A DNA stretch of 64,000 nucleotides, taken from the NCBI GenBank assembly GCA_051362555.1, contig CM120642.1:1116001-1180000 (forward strand), in the 5' to 3' direction. Below the pieces are notes generated by a model. It was not told the origin of the DNA, searched no databases, and saw nothing but the letters and a program-made list of their open reading frames with translations. Position 1 is the stretch's first letter. Each line of letters begins with the position of its first letter. The stretch is from Lingula anatina (Eukaryota; Animalia; Brachiopoda). A program made the position numbers and the translations under genes. This document shows, piece by piece, positions 1 through 12,304 of this stretch.

Positions 1-371
1 GGCAACTTGAGCCGTGAGCCGCAAACAGACTTAGGCCCTATCTATTTCCAATGCCATTTTTTATCACGAAGTTCAGCGGTTGGGGTATGTTCTTGAATAG
101 GGCTGTTGTATAAAATGATTAGATTTCAGATCCCCTAGGTCGTATTTATTTAATCAAGCGTATGGTTTGCCCTTGAATTTCCAGCTTATAATGCTTGCTC
201 ATGAGCAGAGATAACAGGAAAGGTTTATGCAGTCATCTTGTAGGCGGTGCACAGGTAATCTTGCTTGGATCTCTTTTTCCAGCCAAAATATTTCCCCGAT
301 TCAACACCCACAATTAAATAATTATTTAAAGGTGTTCAGATAATCCTAATATTTCTCCTAGGTGACTTTTG

Positions 372-411
372 GGAGGGGGGGGGGGGGGGGGGGGGGAGAG
401 GGAGGGGGGGG
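372..411 (+). repeat. Poly-G/purine tract
   Basis: Long G run with interspersed A. Confidence 0.9.
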
Positions 412-2427
412 CAGGCTTAATCACAAAGTCAATTAATCCGCTCCGCGTGCATTACAATCCTAGCGTACTACAGAGCGTTTCTCGGAGGAGGTCTTCTGAC
501 TAATTAACTGCTGATTAGTTCCATAGCTTATGCTAGTCTAAATAACCAGCGTGACGTACAACCTTGTGCAATGTTGTCTAATTGCAATCGATATTGTTTC
601 CAGCGAGCCGCAATCTTTTCGCTGTCGTTTCTTAGATTCGATGACGTAAATATTTGCCGTGTCGTCGTAGTCAGTTTTTATTAAATCGATGACAACTTGT
701 GACATACAGTTACAAAGCACAAGAACTTAATTAACGTCGGGATGGGGTGGAAGTTGCAATCAGAGCATAAGAAATATCACTCCCGTTTAGTGGATTGAAC
801 AAGGAGTTGACAGTTTCGAAAGTGAAGTTAGATTATGTCCTCTCATGGTAAACACTTCATCAGAGCTGAACAGCTTACTGGTAGATAGATAAGTGACACT
901 TGTATCATAAATACATAAAGATACGGAGATGAATGAAGGTCTTATTCAAAAGACTGGGGTTACTGTATGAGTAATTCGAGTGGAACAGGTGTCTGTACAT
1001 GGTGATCTGTTAAGTCTTTTCTCATCCTATGTAGAGAATTATGAAAAAATGCACACTTCTAGAAAATAATTTTGTGAATTTGTTTCAGATAAAAACAATA
1101 ATCATCTGACTTCGGATAATCCTCTTACCCTTATATTCAGGACGCCGAGGGAAAAACAATTTCGGATTAAGTTTCAATTTCATTTACTGTTTACCTGCTG
1201 TGCCCCACCTACATGTAGCTACTGGTGAGCCATGTCTTTAACCCAGAAGACAATAGAATGTCAAATGCACCTAAATACGGACAGTCCCTCCAACCCCTTA
1301 TTTTCGGGACTCCGAAATATAGCCTCTTTGAATAGGTATTGCTATCCCTCATGTTACAATAAGTGATCGATAGTTTCAACTAACAAGACAATAAAATGTG
1401 ACATTGACGATGACGTTCCTTTTGTTAAGTAACAGGATACTTTTTCAAGTGTGACACAGGTGCGAGGACACGCGCAAAATATCTGTACGACAAACGCCAT
1501 CGCCTAATTTCAAAGAATATTGAGTTACACAATTAAATGATATGATTTTTAAGGTAAAATATTTACTATTTTACTCGATGGAAATGTGGAGAATTCTGAG
1601 GACAGCAGTGAGGACAGAGCTTTGTATCTTCTCATGTGTCAGGTTCACAATATTAAAACAGCTGTCAGATTGAACAAACTCCCCTTAAAAACAGGTTACC
1701 TGGTAATAGAGGTAAGTTCCATAGAATGACTTGTGAATAGTTCACCTCAATCCAACGGGTGGAGCTTCCCTATATAGTCTAAGGTAAAAAGAGCGTCAAG
1801 TCCTTATTTTTAGAATACTGAGGAAATCTAACTGACAGACGTGGGTGATAAGTTTATATAATACATGTCGCGATTGACACCAGGACCTGTTTTACAATAT
1901 AACTTTAGTCCTAAAATTGGTCTTAACTTTCAGGTCAAAATATTAGGCAAATATAATCCAGCAGACGAATTAGAATAAAAACAAAACAATACAGAGATGG
2001 CTAATGATGCACATCAATACAGATACTAACTCCTACCTCATATTGATGAAATACTGAAGCTTTATTTTGAACTGGCAAATTCATGGTTTAAACATTATGA
2101 CTGATTCACAGGCTAATGTTATTTTATCAGACTAGTTCCTGGTTCCTTATAGGTGTAATTTGCTGTACCAAGTATTTTTCATGGAGGTGGATAGATGTTT
2201 TGACCAAAAAGGAAGATTTTCAGACAAAAGCTGGACGTTTGAGAATGGTAATAAAAGGCGTTTTAGAGAAGTAACTGTGAAGTATGTCTACGTGATTTGC
2301 GAATCATAGGTACTGGTACATGTACATGTATAGCCTGTCCGTCCATCTTCAATGTGTTGATACTGTAATTCATTAAACTATAAACACATGGTAACATTAG
2401 TACACCGTGTGATGTATAAACAATTAC

Positions 2428-2508
2428 CTCATTCCCGAGAAAAGAGCCTTCATCTCCACTCTCGTCCGTGGAGTGATCCCTATGATGTAGATCTTCTACA
2501 ATATCCAT
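2428..2508 (-). CDS. Possible first coding exon of an unidentified gene running off the left edge
   Basis: AGGATGG start context after an in-frame upstream stop; 27 codons MDIVEDLHHRDHSTDESGDEGSFLGNE ending exactly at a GAG|GTAATT donor; composition drops to AT-rich immediately after. Confidence 0.45.
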
Positions 2509-2963
2509 CCTCTCCCTAGCCGTCTTCTGTACTATCTATCTATCTGGCTTGTACGAGTCACGCCGAGTAACTAAGTTCAACAGTCCCCTGGGTTGTTGAC
2601 TTTCAAAATGTTTCCTTTTGAAGGACAATGGTCGAGTATTCTCCTCGAGTGGTTTTTACGAATGAGTCGATTCTTGTATACTTTGTCGCTTTTGACTATG
2701 TTCAACGGCTTAAGTTACGTCAACAAGCAAACACAGGTAAACAGAGAGCGTGTGGCAGGTAACAGGTCCAAGGCGATTAATAATCTTTAGTCCTTTTGTC
2801 TTTTATTTCCACAATTAACAAACATATGAATGATGACTGAATAAAAACGATATATTTCTTATCTTAATATGGACCGAACATTGATGATGAGGATATTTTG
2901 AGAATGATATTCGATTAAAAACGTTTGATTTTCTAAACTATCCGTTTCAGGAAGGGACCTGTC

Positions 2964-2976
2964 GTTGCTAGGTGAC
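2964..2976. promoter_or_regulatory. RFX X-box motif
   Basis: GTTGCTAGGTGAC (reverse complement GTCACCTAGCAAC) fits the RFX consensus; a forkhead-like ACAAACAAA follows within about 10 bp. Confidence 0.55.
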
Positions 2977-4420
2977 AGTGTATACAAACAAAGTAGGAGG
3001 TTCACCTTATCGTGGTACGAATCCAGCTCATGAAAATTAACACCTGGGCCGTCCCGCGCGATAATTTATCAGTCGCACTGAGACAAATAATACTTTGTAT
3101 GCATAGCGATTAAAAAGATGTCAAATTTTAAAGTGACATAAGCAAATATCACACGGGGTGCGATTTGTATTACTTAATGCGTACACGTAGTATTTTATGA
3201 TGAGGTGGAGGTAAGATAGGCCTATGTTGTAACTATAACTCTTCGAGGAAAGTTGTTAAAATCGTCTACGGGCGAGAATATTGAACAATTGAAAAAATCT
3301 TGAAAAAAGATAAGAAATTATAAAAGTCCAAAATGATGTTGAAACAAACCGCATTTTTCGTGTGTTTTATAGAGCATCGACGAGAATTTATTAGCCATTT
3401 AGGCATCATAAATTTAATAAACGGTCAATACCACCCAGTTCATTCAGGTTAAAATTGCGCTGGCTGTAGCATATTTATTACAGATAGCAATTTAAGCGAT
3501 ATTGCTGCTTTTATTTCTGATGGCAACTGAAATACTTAGCAACAAGACTTTTTGAAAGGAAAATCACACACAATCTACAATATTGTCAGATATCACATAC
3601 TCGTATATTTCATATAATACAGGAGGTGAACAATAGTATTTTCTGTAAGGATCGGTCTATCGAATAAAAGTTCAGATTTTATTTTATCAAGACTACATCA
3701 TTGATCGTTAAGCTAACAGTTTGATATGCGACGAAATAAATCCAGTGATTTGTCGGCCTAGGTTGGGTACCAACGTAATATTGGCACATTGAAGATATAG
3801 TCGTTTTTCACGTAAAACAAAATCGGATTATTCAAATCAATCTTTCTGAATTCACATATATTACCTGCTTTTGAAGTTCTTTAAGATGACAAGTAGTCGA
3901 CTAAATGTGAGCAGAGATGTAGTTCACGATGTAGGAATGTTGTTACTGTTTCTCAAATGTCGAAATGAATCCTACTGTAGTTGAATTTCTTTAGGAAAAA
4001 AATATGCAGCAGTCACAGTTTACAGTTTGTGGCTGATCGAGTGATTAAATCGGTTTATCTTTTGGCATGCCGACTTTATTTGAGTCATAATAACTAGCAG
4101 AAGTGGTTTAAATGCGTTACTGAGAATCCACGCTCCACTGATGCTGTATTAAAATACACCTTTAAATTGAAATTCCCAATATGAGTTTAACCAAAGCGCG
4201 TTTGTCATTCGTTTCATTAAACTTTTAAAATTTCAAAGGTTGCAATAAGAATGAATAGACAGCATCGCGGACATCACACATGCAGACGAAAAAATGAATA
4301 TAAATGTGACACATTTTCTAAACTTTATCGAAAGGCAAGTGGAGGAAATGTAATGCATCTGCCCTGGCCATCCTTTTAAAATACCCAGATTCCGACCCTG
4401 GTGCCGGAGAGAGCTGTATC

Positions 4421-4450
4421 TGACGTCACCATCCGTACATATTTATATAA
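4421..4450. promoter_or_regulatory. CRE plus TATA-like element
   Basis: TGACGTCA at 4421-4428 and TTTATATAA at 4442-4450 within a GC-richer patch. Confidence 0.35.
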
Positions 4451-4648
4451 CTGCAGTCACTTCAGCATCGTGCCGTCCCTCTGCTGTGGCCTTGTGCTGG
4501 GGTGGTGACGATCCGTTTATAATATAATCCTGCAGCAGCGCACATTTGAGTCCGCTCAACTGTCAGCTCGGCCTGGTATGTGTAACATATGGAGTACGTA
4601 GGGACAGATATAGAACTGAATACATTGGAGATGGTTTTATCAAACGCC

Positions 4649-4653
<5 letters not shown>

Positions 4654-4728
<75 letters not shown>
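4654..4728. repeat. (TA)n microsatellite followed by poly-T
   Basis: Seen directly. Confidence 0.95.
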
Positions 4729-4731
<3 letters not shown>

Positions 4732-5772
4732 TTAATCTGCAAAATAACTTATTTGGTCTACCATGTTTAGAATCATGACTGTATGTAATTCTCGTTTTAA
4801 ACTACGATCTGAAGGAAATGATACGTTTTTTAATATAAATGGGTATATTTTATTGATATGTCTTAACATGCTTGTTGGTGAAAAGATAAAAAAGATTCGT
4901 TCGTGCGACAATATTTATTTCCATATAAGCATTCTGGCAATGGTTGTTATCTGAATCCACAATGTTGTCTTTCAACTCCACCATCAAAAGGAACGGAAAG
5001 TAATAAGTTCGTATAGCAGGGAAGAGCGTTATTATTTTACACCACGTTATTTATCAATTTCCAATTTGCACTCACTTATCACCCTGACCAGATAATCAAC
5101 TAAATCAGCAGTCAGACTGATCAACAGCCTCATTTCCTTCTTCAATTACACATCGTACGCAGTTCACCTTTTCTGTCTCAAGGTTCATCACAAACCACAA
5201 TTTGGCATTAGTTTGGCGTCTGCAAACTAGCGTCCAATTACGAAATTAATTATCACCATGATTTTGCATTGTCTGGGTACAGGTTAGTTATCTTTACTAA
5301 TGGACTCGGTATTACAATGTATATTTTCGCCGTTTCTGTGACTTTTTCTTAGTGTAGTGAATGCCTTTTTTGTTAACAAAAAATAGTAAATTAAAAATAA
5401 AAATAAAAAAACTCGCAGTACATCGCAAGGATGACTGGAGTAGCCGCTATCGTGTGTTTATTTTACAGGTGGGATGTATTTGGTCGCTAAGTATCAAACA
5501 GCAGTTTTTCAATTATCTAAATTCTTAATAGAAAACTCATTCTGTAATGACAATCTATCGCCTGTAAACTTTTTTACTCTCATTAGCTTTACACATAGCA
5601 CTTCAGTATCTTAATATATTTAGCACAAAATTACAGAAACATTTTGTAACAAAATACACCGTTTGTAGGCGCTGTTTATTCTCGGACTGCCCTCGGGAGG
5701 CTGGGAGGGAGCATGGTGTACAGTCAAACGTGCTGTACCTCCTTTCCTAAAAGGAGAACTCAAGAAAAATAT

Positions 5773-5789
5773 GTGCCCCCTAGCGGCGA
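5773..5789 (-). promoter_or_regulatory. CTCF-like binding site
   Basis: Reverse complement TCGCCGCTAGGGGGCAC matches the CTCF core CCRSYAGGGGGCRC. Confidence 0.6.
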
Positions 5790-7330
5790 CGAGGTAGGCA
5801 GTAGATACACCCAGAACAGTCTATTCTATGGGACTCTCTCTGTCACCTGCTTAGTTGTTGGTTCTTTGGTGTCATTCAAGGTCATTTGGCATTTCTCTCT
5901 AAAAATTCAATGTTTCTCGTTGCTTCTTTATCCTTGGCTGCAACTGTTTGTGATACATACTAGTATTTTTCAAAGTCAATACATAAATATAGAAAGCTAT
6001 GTCGTAAGGATGGAGCACTCGGAAACAAAGGCACACGGGACACCACGCCGGGAAATATGTACTGTTACAGGATGACGTCATGCGTGTAGATTTCAATAAT
6101 GTTGCGTCACTACGCCAATCACTGACGTAAGGGTCAGGTCATTACGTCACACAGGTGGATCAGGATAATGAATTATCACCACGTCGTAAGGTTATTTTCA
6201 AGTTTATTGTCACGTCATGCATTTCTAAAGTAATGGCGTAACATACGAGTGACTGTGACGTCATGCATGTTGATCAGGATGACGTGTCGCCACAAAATCA
6301 GTGCTGCATTTATGTCTAATAGGTTCTAGTCGTATTCGTTCACTGTGAGGGTGAGAGCAGTGCAGTGTCGGAAGGGTGACCCCGTAAGGATCGTAAGGCA
6401 CTCTGAAATAGGAGGAAGGGCACATTAGGGTTACGACACATTCTTCGCACAAACAACATTGCAAACGTTATTACTGTAAACTAGGCTGTCATAGTTGGGC
6501 AGTGATGTCATAGTGGGGCAGTGATATAGAATACTGTTCCTAGATTTCACTCGCATTAAGCAACATATTTGTGTCATTAATGTATCAGAAGACCATACAT
6601 CATATAACTTTCTTAATTGAAGAGGGTATTCTTCGACAACAGGTTTTAATACATTTTTTAAAGTACAGCAAGCGTGCAACTTAAATAAATGGAATCACGA
6701 TAGAATAGACACCAAGTTATGTAAAAACAATACAATAAGCATACAAGACATTCAGGAAAAATGTACATCATGTGACGTCACATAAAAATATATGATGTAA
6801 TAATACAGTAAAGAAATATACTGGTAAAGAAAAAGCGTGCAAGGATGACGTTACCGAAAGCGGTGTTGATGACGTCGAACCGAGGTCACGTGGCCTCTGC
6901 GCTCTGGTAAAAGAAAGCATGTGAGTTAAGATCATAAGTGTTTTTAAAACTATATCAATCCGGTTGCCAACTAATTAAGCAGCGGTTGAAAAAACCTACA
7001 GGATACAAAAACTAGCCATGGAATTAATGAACGTAAGGTGTAGGGTTCTAGCCTACAGAGCTTTCTACTAGTAATGACGCAAACTAGACAAAAAGCCCCA
7101 AATTTTCAAACTTCCTGTCGATTTTTCCCGAAAAAGTAGAATAATGTAACTGAGGAGTGACACTTTAATTAATGCAAGCTAAACTAAAAATCTAAACACG
7201 CTGTGAAAATATTTTATCTAGTAAAACTAGTAGAAAGCTGAGGGGGTCTGGAAATAGGAGTAGGATAGTGGCAAGAGGAGACTTAAGGGGGTTGGGTAGT
7301 ATCAAGGGAATTCGGTGTGAAGGGCAGGGT

Positions 7331-7470
7331 TTAGCATGCTTGAGTACTGCTGGTACTAGACACCTTCCGTTCGCCAGCATTGGCCAACAACGCTGCTTTG
7401 TTACTAGCACGGCGTTCTGACACTCGGCTCATCTCCGTGCTTCTGAAACTCCACGTGAATGAGGAACGTC
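7331..7470 (-). CDS. CCKR: CCK-type receptor probable terminal coding exon 4 (Ser/Thr-rich C-tail)
   Basis: Acceptor catcttctgtgtttcag|GAC is in phase 1. Gives GRSSFTWSFRSTEMSRVSERRASNKAALLANAGERKVSSTSSTQAC-TAA; local GC rise. Total CDS 1407 nt, divisible by 3. Confidence 0.75.
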
Positions 7471-7573
7471 CTGAAACACAGAAGATGCAATGTTAAGTGA
7501 TTAACTACAACATCGACTATCCTGCAGCTCTCTTCACACTCAGATGTTTAGGATTTGAAGCTTGAATCACCTA

Positions 7574-7740
7574 GGCCCATTCAGAATAGGGGACTAACTA
7601 GTCCGAGAGTCAAATATGGCCTAGACCAACTTGAATACTTCCCCACTATTCTGTGTCTACTAGCGGATTAGACGGCAAGCTTTGTAGTGGGATGCAATAT
7701 TTGACCCTTGGATTAGTTGTTCCCCTAATCTGAATGGGCC
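7574..7740. mobile_element. MITE (PIF/Harbinger-Tourist-like)
   Basis: About 45-bp imperfect TIRs GGCCCATTCAGAATAGGGGACTAACTAGTCC...GGATTAGTTGTTCCCCTAATCTGAATGGGCC; flanks CTA/TTA resemble a TWA TSD. Confidence 0.8.
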
Positions 7741-8536
7741 TTATACACATCTACCCACCCAACACTGTTACATTAGACAATAAAAGTGTTGGCAAATATA
7801 AACCCACTGTATTGTGCTAATGGAGCAATTTGTCTGATGATTTCGTCCCGAATTTGTGCTCTTGGATTCACATCGGTCTCAATTAAAACTGTGTGTAAAC
7901 GAGCCTTCAGCTATAGAAGCCAATAAAACAACTACAACCAAAAGCTATCTAACAACGATTACTAGTTTTTGCTAACTAGAGAGGCGGTTCTTTTTTCAAA
8001 GCGTTGTGAACATTCTCCTTCTAATAAGCAGCGTAATAAAATAAATCTAAACTGGTTGATTTCACAGTTTTCTTGTTTTCTAGAGCCTACTGAAGCACAT
8101 AAGTTGGATTTGCCGAAAAATCTTTTTAACATTAAAATTGCAATTTTAACAATGAAATTTAGCTTGAAATGGTAGTTTTCTTTAAAATCTTAAAGCACAA
8201 AAATAAATAAATAAATAAATCAAAAGAGTGAAGTTTTACGTTGTTAACATTTTAGGTGCTTTTAAATATTCTTAAATAAGATGCATGTTAGAACGCACTT
8301 CTAATAACATGTAAATCAATAATCATCAATTTTGAATTATATTCAATCTTTATCATAACTTTTCTCCATAAATTTTAAGTTGTGTCTGATTGTTTGTGTG
8401 TGTGTGTTTGTGTGTGTGAAGACGCATTCGAGCAAGTGTGCTCATGTGTGGACGTTGTATTTCAGCGTTTGTACGTGTGTGTATATGTTAATATATATGT
8501 GTGTGGAGGGGCTGAAGTCCATAGCCGTGTACCTAC

Positions 8537-8980
8537 CTGTCGCTGGGGACCCGAAGTCACTATCTCTCCCGCGCTTCATCTGGGGCGGAAGTTTTGGCCG
8601 GATACAACGGAAAGCAGCCAGGAAGCTGTGTCTGAATTTTTTGTTCATGAAACAGTACGTTATAGGGTTACAGCAAGCAGACACATAGGAAAGCAGCTGT
8701 ATCAGCGACCAGCACACTGCCGTCAGGTGCTTGCGGGCGGAGGCCTTGTCGAAGTCAACCCAGGTATAGAGGGCGTACAGAGGTGTCCAGCAGATGAAGA
8801 ACTCGAGGACAATCACGAACAGCATTCGTATCACCCTTTTTTTCGCAGCGAGGCTTTTCTCGGCGTTACTCCGTCGCACTGCCGAATGCTCGAAATCCAT
8901 GCGTTTATGGGAACACGTGTTGCCGTTAGTCGTCACCTCGTCGTCTATGACGTCACGGTTACTGCCGAGCTGGCGAAGTT
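8537..8980 (-). CDS. CCKR: CCK-type receptor coding exon 3 (ICL3, TM6, TM7, helix 8)
   Basis: Acceptor ttttattctccag|AAC is in phase. Contains AKKRVIRMLFVIVLEFFICWTPLY and SACCNPITYCFMNKKFR, the CCK/sulfakinin receptor signatures. Donor ACAG|GTAGGT; 444 nt. Confidence 0.95.
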
Positions 8981-9414
8981 CTGGAGAATAAAACAGAAAA
9001 AGGAAACAGTTTTCTAGTTATTCTCTAATTTACCATAATTTTCTTGGTTTTAATCGTACATGTAACAATTTAGATACAGAAACAATTTTAAAGTTTTAAC
9101 TTTACGCTTTAAAAACGCTTTAAAAAGAATGAAAGAATGCTGTTGTATAAAATGTCGTGGCTTATATTATTAGGCTACCTCTAAATCGTGACACCAGGCA
9201 TCGATATGTTAGCAAAAAATGCTCTCACTTAAATATTGTTTTCAATTTCTATTTCTTCGTAACCAGATCCAGTTAGCCTTCTAACAGTTAGCCTTCTAAC
9301 TGTATCAAAACGCATTTTTCATACTTGGTGAGTAAGATCGGGTTTTTAAGTCCGGTCAGGGAGGCCTGAAACAGATGTTTACTTTGCTGTAAACATGAGT
9401 AAACTGTTCATTAC

Positions 9415-9786
9415 CTTGTTGTCCCTGCATCTCCATCTTAATCCCAATCCACAGCGTCCTAGCGATCAGTCCGTACGCCACCAACATCACCTCTAGGGGC
9501 AGCACCAGCAGCACCACGTCCAGGAACACCGTGTATGCCCTTCTCAGGTCGACCAATTCTCCCCAGTCCTCGTCACACTTGTGGTTCCCATTGGGCAGCG
9601 TCCAGTACTTGTGGACCACGGCGATAGGGATCATGATCACGAGGGCCGTGCTCCAGACGGCCGCTATGGTCTTGTAAGAGTGAGACAGCGTCTGCCAGCT
9701 CCGTGAGTGAAGCGGTCGGCAGATCGCGCAATAGCGTTCCAGAGAGATGGCAACGAGCGTGAAGACGCTGACGGCAGCGGAAACCG
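9415..9786 (-). CDS. CCKR: CCK-type receptor coding exon 2 (TM3-TM5)
   Basis: Acceptor ttgttttgtag|CGG restores the phase-1 codon GCG. Reads AVSAAVSVFTLVAISLERYCAICRPLHSRSWQT...AYGLIARTLWIGIKMEMQGQQ (ERY motif). Donor CAAG|GTAATG; 372 nt. Confidence 0.95.
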
Positions 9787-12268
9787 CTACAAAACAATTA
9801 ACGTGAGAAAATGAATTTTGCATCGCATGTAATATAAATTCATATTTACATATATCGGATTGGCTGGAAAATAATTTAAAAAAACGACAGTTTCATTATT
9901 TAAAGCAAGAATCGTAGCCTTTTCAAATAGTGGTATCTCGCGGCGGGAAACGGGTGACCGCAAAATTTCATTACATATGGAATTCGAATTTAAAGGAAAT
10001 AATGTTTTAATATAATATTATAGACTCGTCATCATATCCATTTTTATATGTATAAATAAATTTATTCATACCATTGTGAAACAGTCTGAATATGCATTCA
10101 CATATACATGAACCAGTATATGCAGTATAATAGTTTATAATGCTATGTAAAGATGGCGATATGAGCGCCGTTGAAACAAGCTTTACCAAGAGGAACGCAA
10201 TCGTTTCCGAAAAGGTTATCGGCTTTGGATACAGCAGATAAGCAATTGATTGTATTCCATTAGTGCGAACAGAGGAGCAAGCTAGCAAACACGTTATGGC
10301 TGTTCTGAGCAGACTTACACAATATGGGACCACAAATAAATGCCTTTTTTTCTAATCTATTATTTTCTACAAGTATTGTTTAACGTTGTCAATTTTAAAA
10401 AAAGACTGGTTAATATTCTGTATGTTGACATGCACTTCCTCTGGGTTGCCTACCAGTATATACGCTATATACATTGTACCTGGTAAGTTATAGTCTTTGT
10501 AGAAATAAAAATAAAAAGCACTTGTACCGAAAAAGGTAAACGAAAAAATCACTGGAATACATCTGCGTTATCACTAAGTCTGTTCTGCTGTCATTGAAGG
10601 TTGTCATTGCTGATGTTGTCATTGTGATGTTATAGATGAGCCATCTAAGGTACGATTCCACAACGGGCGGTACATTTAACTGGGCCGGGCCACTTTGAGT
10701 AATTAAGAACGTTATGACCTCATTACGTCAGGGAGTATCATCAGAATGGAACACAAATAAACAAACGAAAAAAAAAAAAAAAAACACTTGTTGCTCGCCA
10801 TGAAATCATACACCATTTACATTACTAATAGCTGCCCAGCGAATTCGTGTCTTAGTTTGATTTACACTTTCCTCTTCTAAACAGGAATGGTCTCCGTCTC
10901 TCTCTGTCTTGGATAATATGCACAATCGGCAAACTGTTTTACTGATTAGATTTTACGCGTAATCAGGTTCGACAAGGCAGAACATGGAAATGGAGAACGT
11001 GGGCCGGGTTCGTCACGTTCTGATCCGTCTAGACCTCGTTTTCTCACTTTATCATCTGTCATTTCTTTCTGTTCAATTTACTTTTATAACACAATCGGGC
11101 GCTGCTCGATAAATTAAGTAATATATGATATTTATCGTGCTGCCCTGCATAATAGCAGCATAACCAACGACTAATTTCCCTTAAACATTATCTAATGAGA
11201 TCAATAGAAATTAAAAGTAGTGCGAAAGTATTAATACCTTCTCCCCATGGCAGTAATAAGCCAGGTCAAATAGTGCAAAGAACGCAATAAAGTATTAATA
11301 CAAGTACGTTTCCCGAATGCAAAATACGCGGTGTAATATCCGGCGCTGTCAACTAATGACTTATTTATTGTTTCGAGATAAAATGGCAGACAGCGCAGAT
11401 CAAAGCGCAGCTTTTCCTGCCTCCACTGCAGGTAGCCATTTTCCATCAAGCATGCTTATAAAATGTCCATCGTTAATTGATACTTTATGATTTACTGATG
11501 CGTAGGTTTAAGTGAAATCATAGTTTGATCCATTATTTCTTGTGTAATATTATTGTTTCGGATCAGTATTGACTTAATTGAAATATATTGAGTTTAATGT
11601 CCGACGCCTTCGCCGTGCCTGTGATGAATACGATATCAAGGCTAAATGGCGTAAACACCCCTATTCAGCATTCACTTTATAAGGTTTCCACAGAATGTCT
11701 GGCCCCATAACTGTCTTTTGATTTTGTGACTAATAAACTGACAACTGTTTTGTATTCAACGGTAGAACCTTGCCTTCAGATTTAGTTTTGATCATTTCCT
11801 TTGCGCCAATTCCTAGCAAAACCCATTCCCTTTTCGTGGAATGTTCAGCTAAGCAAGCTAACTATAATCACATGAAAACAAATGGAAGTGTAGTACGGTT
11901 AAACAGGTATTTTTACAAACTCTCTGTTCCACATATTGTTTTTAAATTTTTGACACATAAATGTAGAATATTGATAGACGTTGCAAGTCACAATTTCAGC
12001 CTACTATGAAGTTTTGCGTCTAGGTGTGGAGCAGATTACCGCGCGAAAGCCTCGTTTTGAATGTCATAGCTGCGGGTGTGTTTTGAACTACATGCTTAAC
12101 ACGCAATCCCGTAGATCAGAGCGTATGGTATTCCTTTCAGCTGTTGGGATAAACTTTAGACCCTGACACAAATCGGCTATCATCTATCAAGATTCTAAAT
12201 TATGGAGTTCCTTTTCTAATTGGACTTGAATTTGTAATCTAGATGTGTCTGTCGACCATAAAAAACGA

Positions 12269-12304
<36 letters not shown>

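Noticed and set aside
5713-6096. 120-aa and 65-aa ORFs downstream of CCKR
   Set aside because: No family motif or splice support; probably UTR or intergenic.
8382-9017. 211-aa plus-strand ORF (and overlapping 102-aa and 65-aa ORFs)
   Set aside because: Antisense shadow of GC-rich CCKR exon 3; begins in a GT repeat and shows no recognisable motif.
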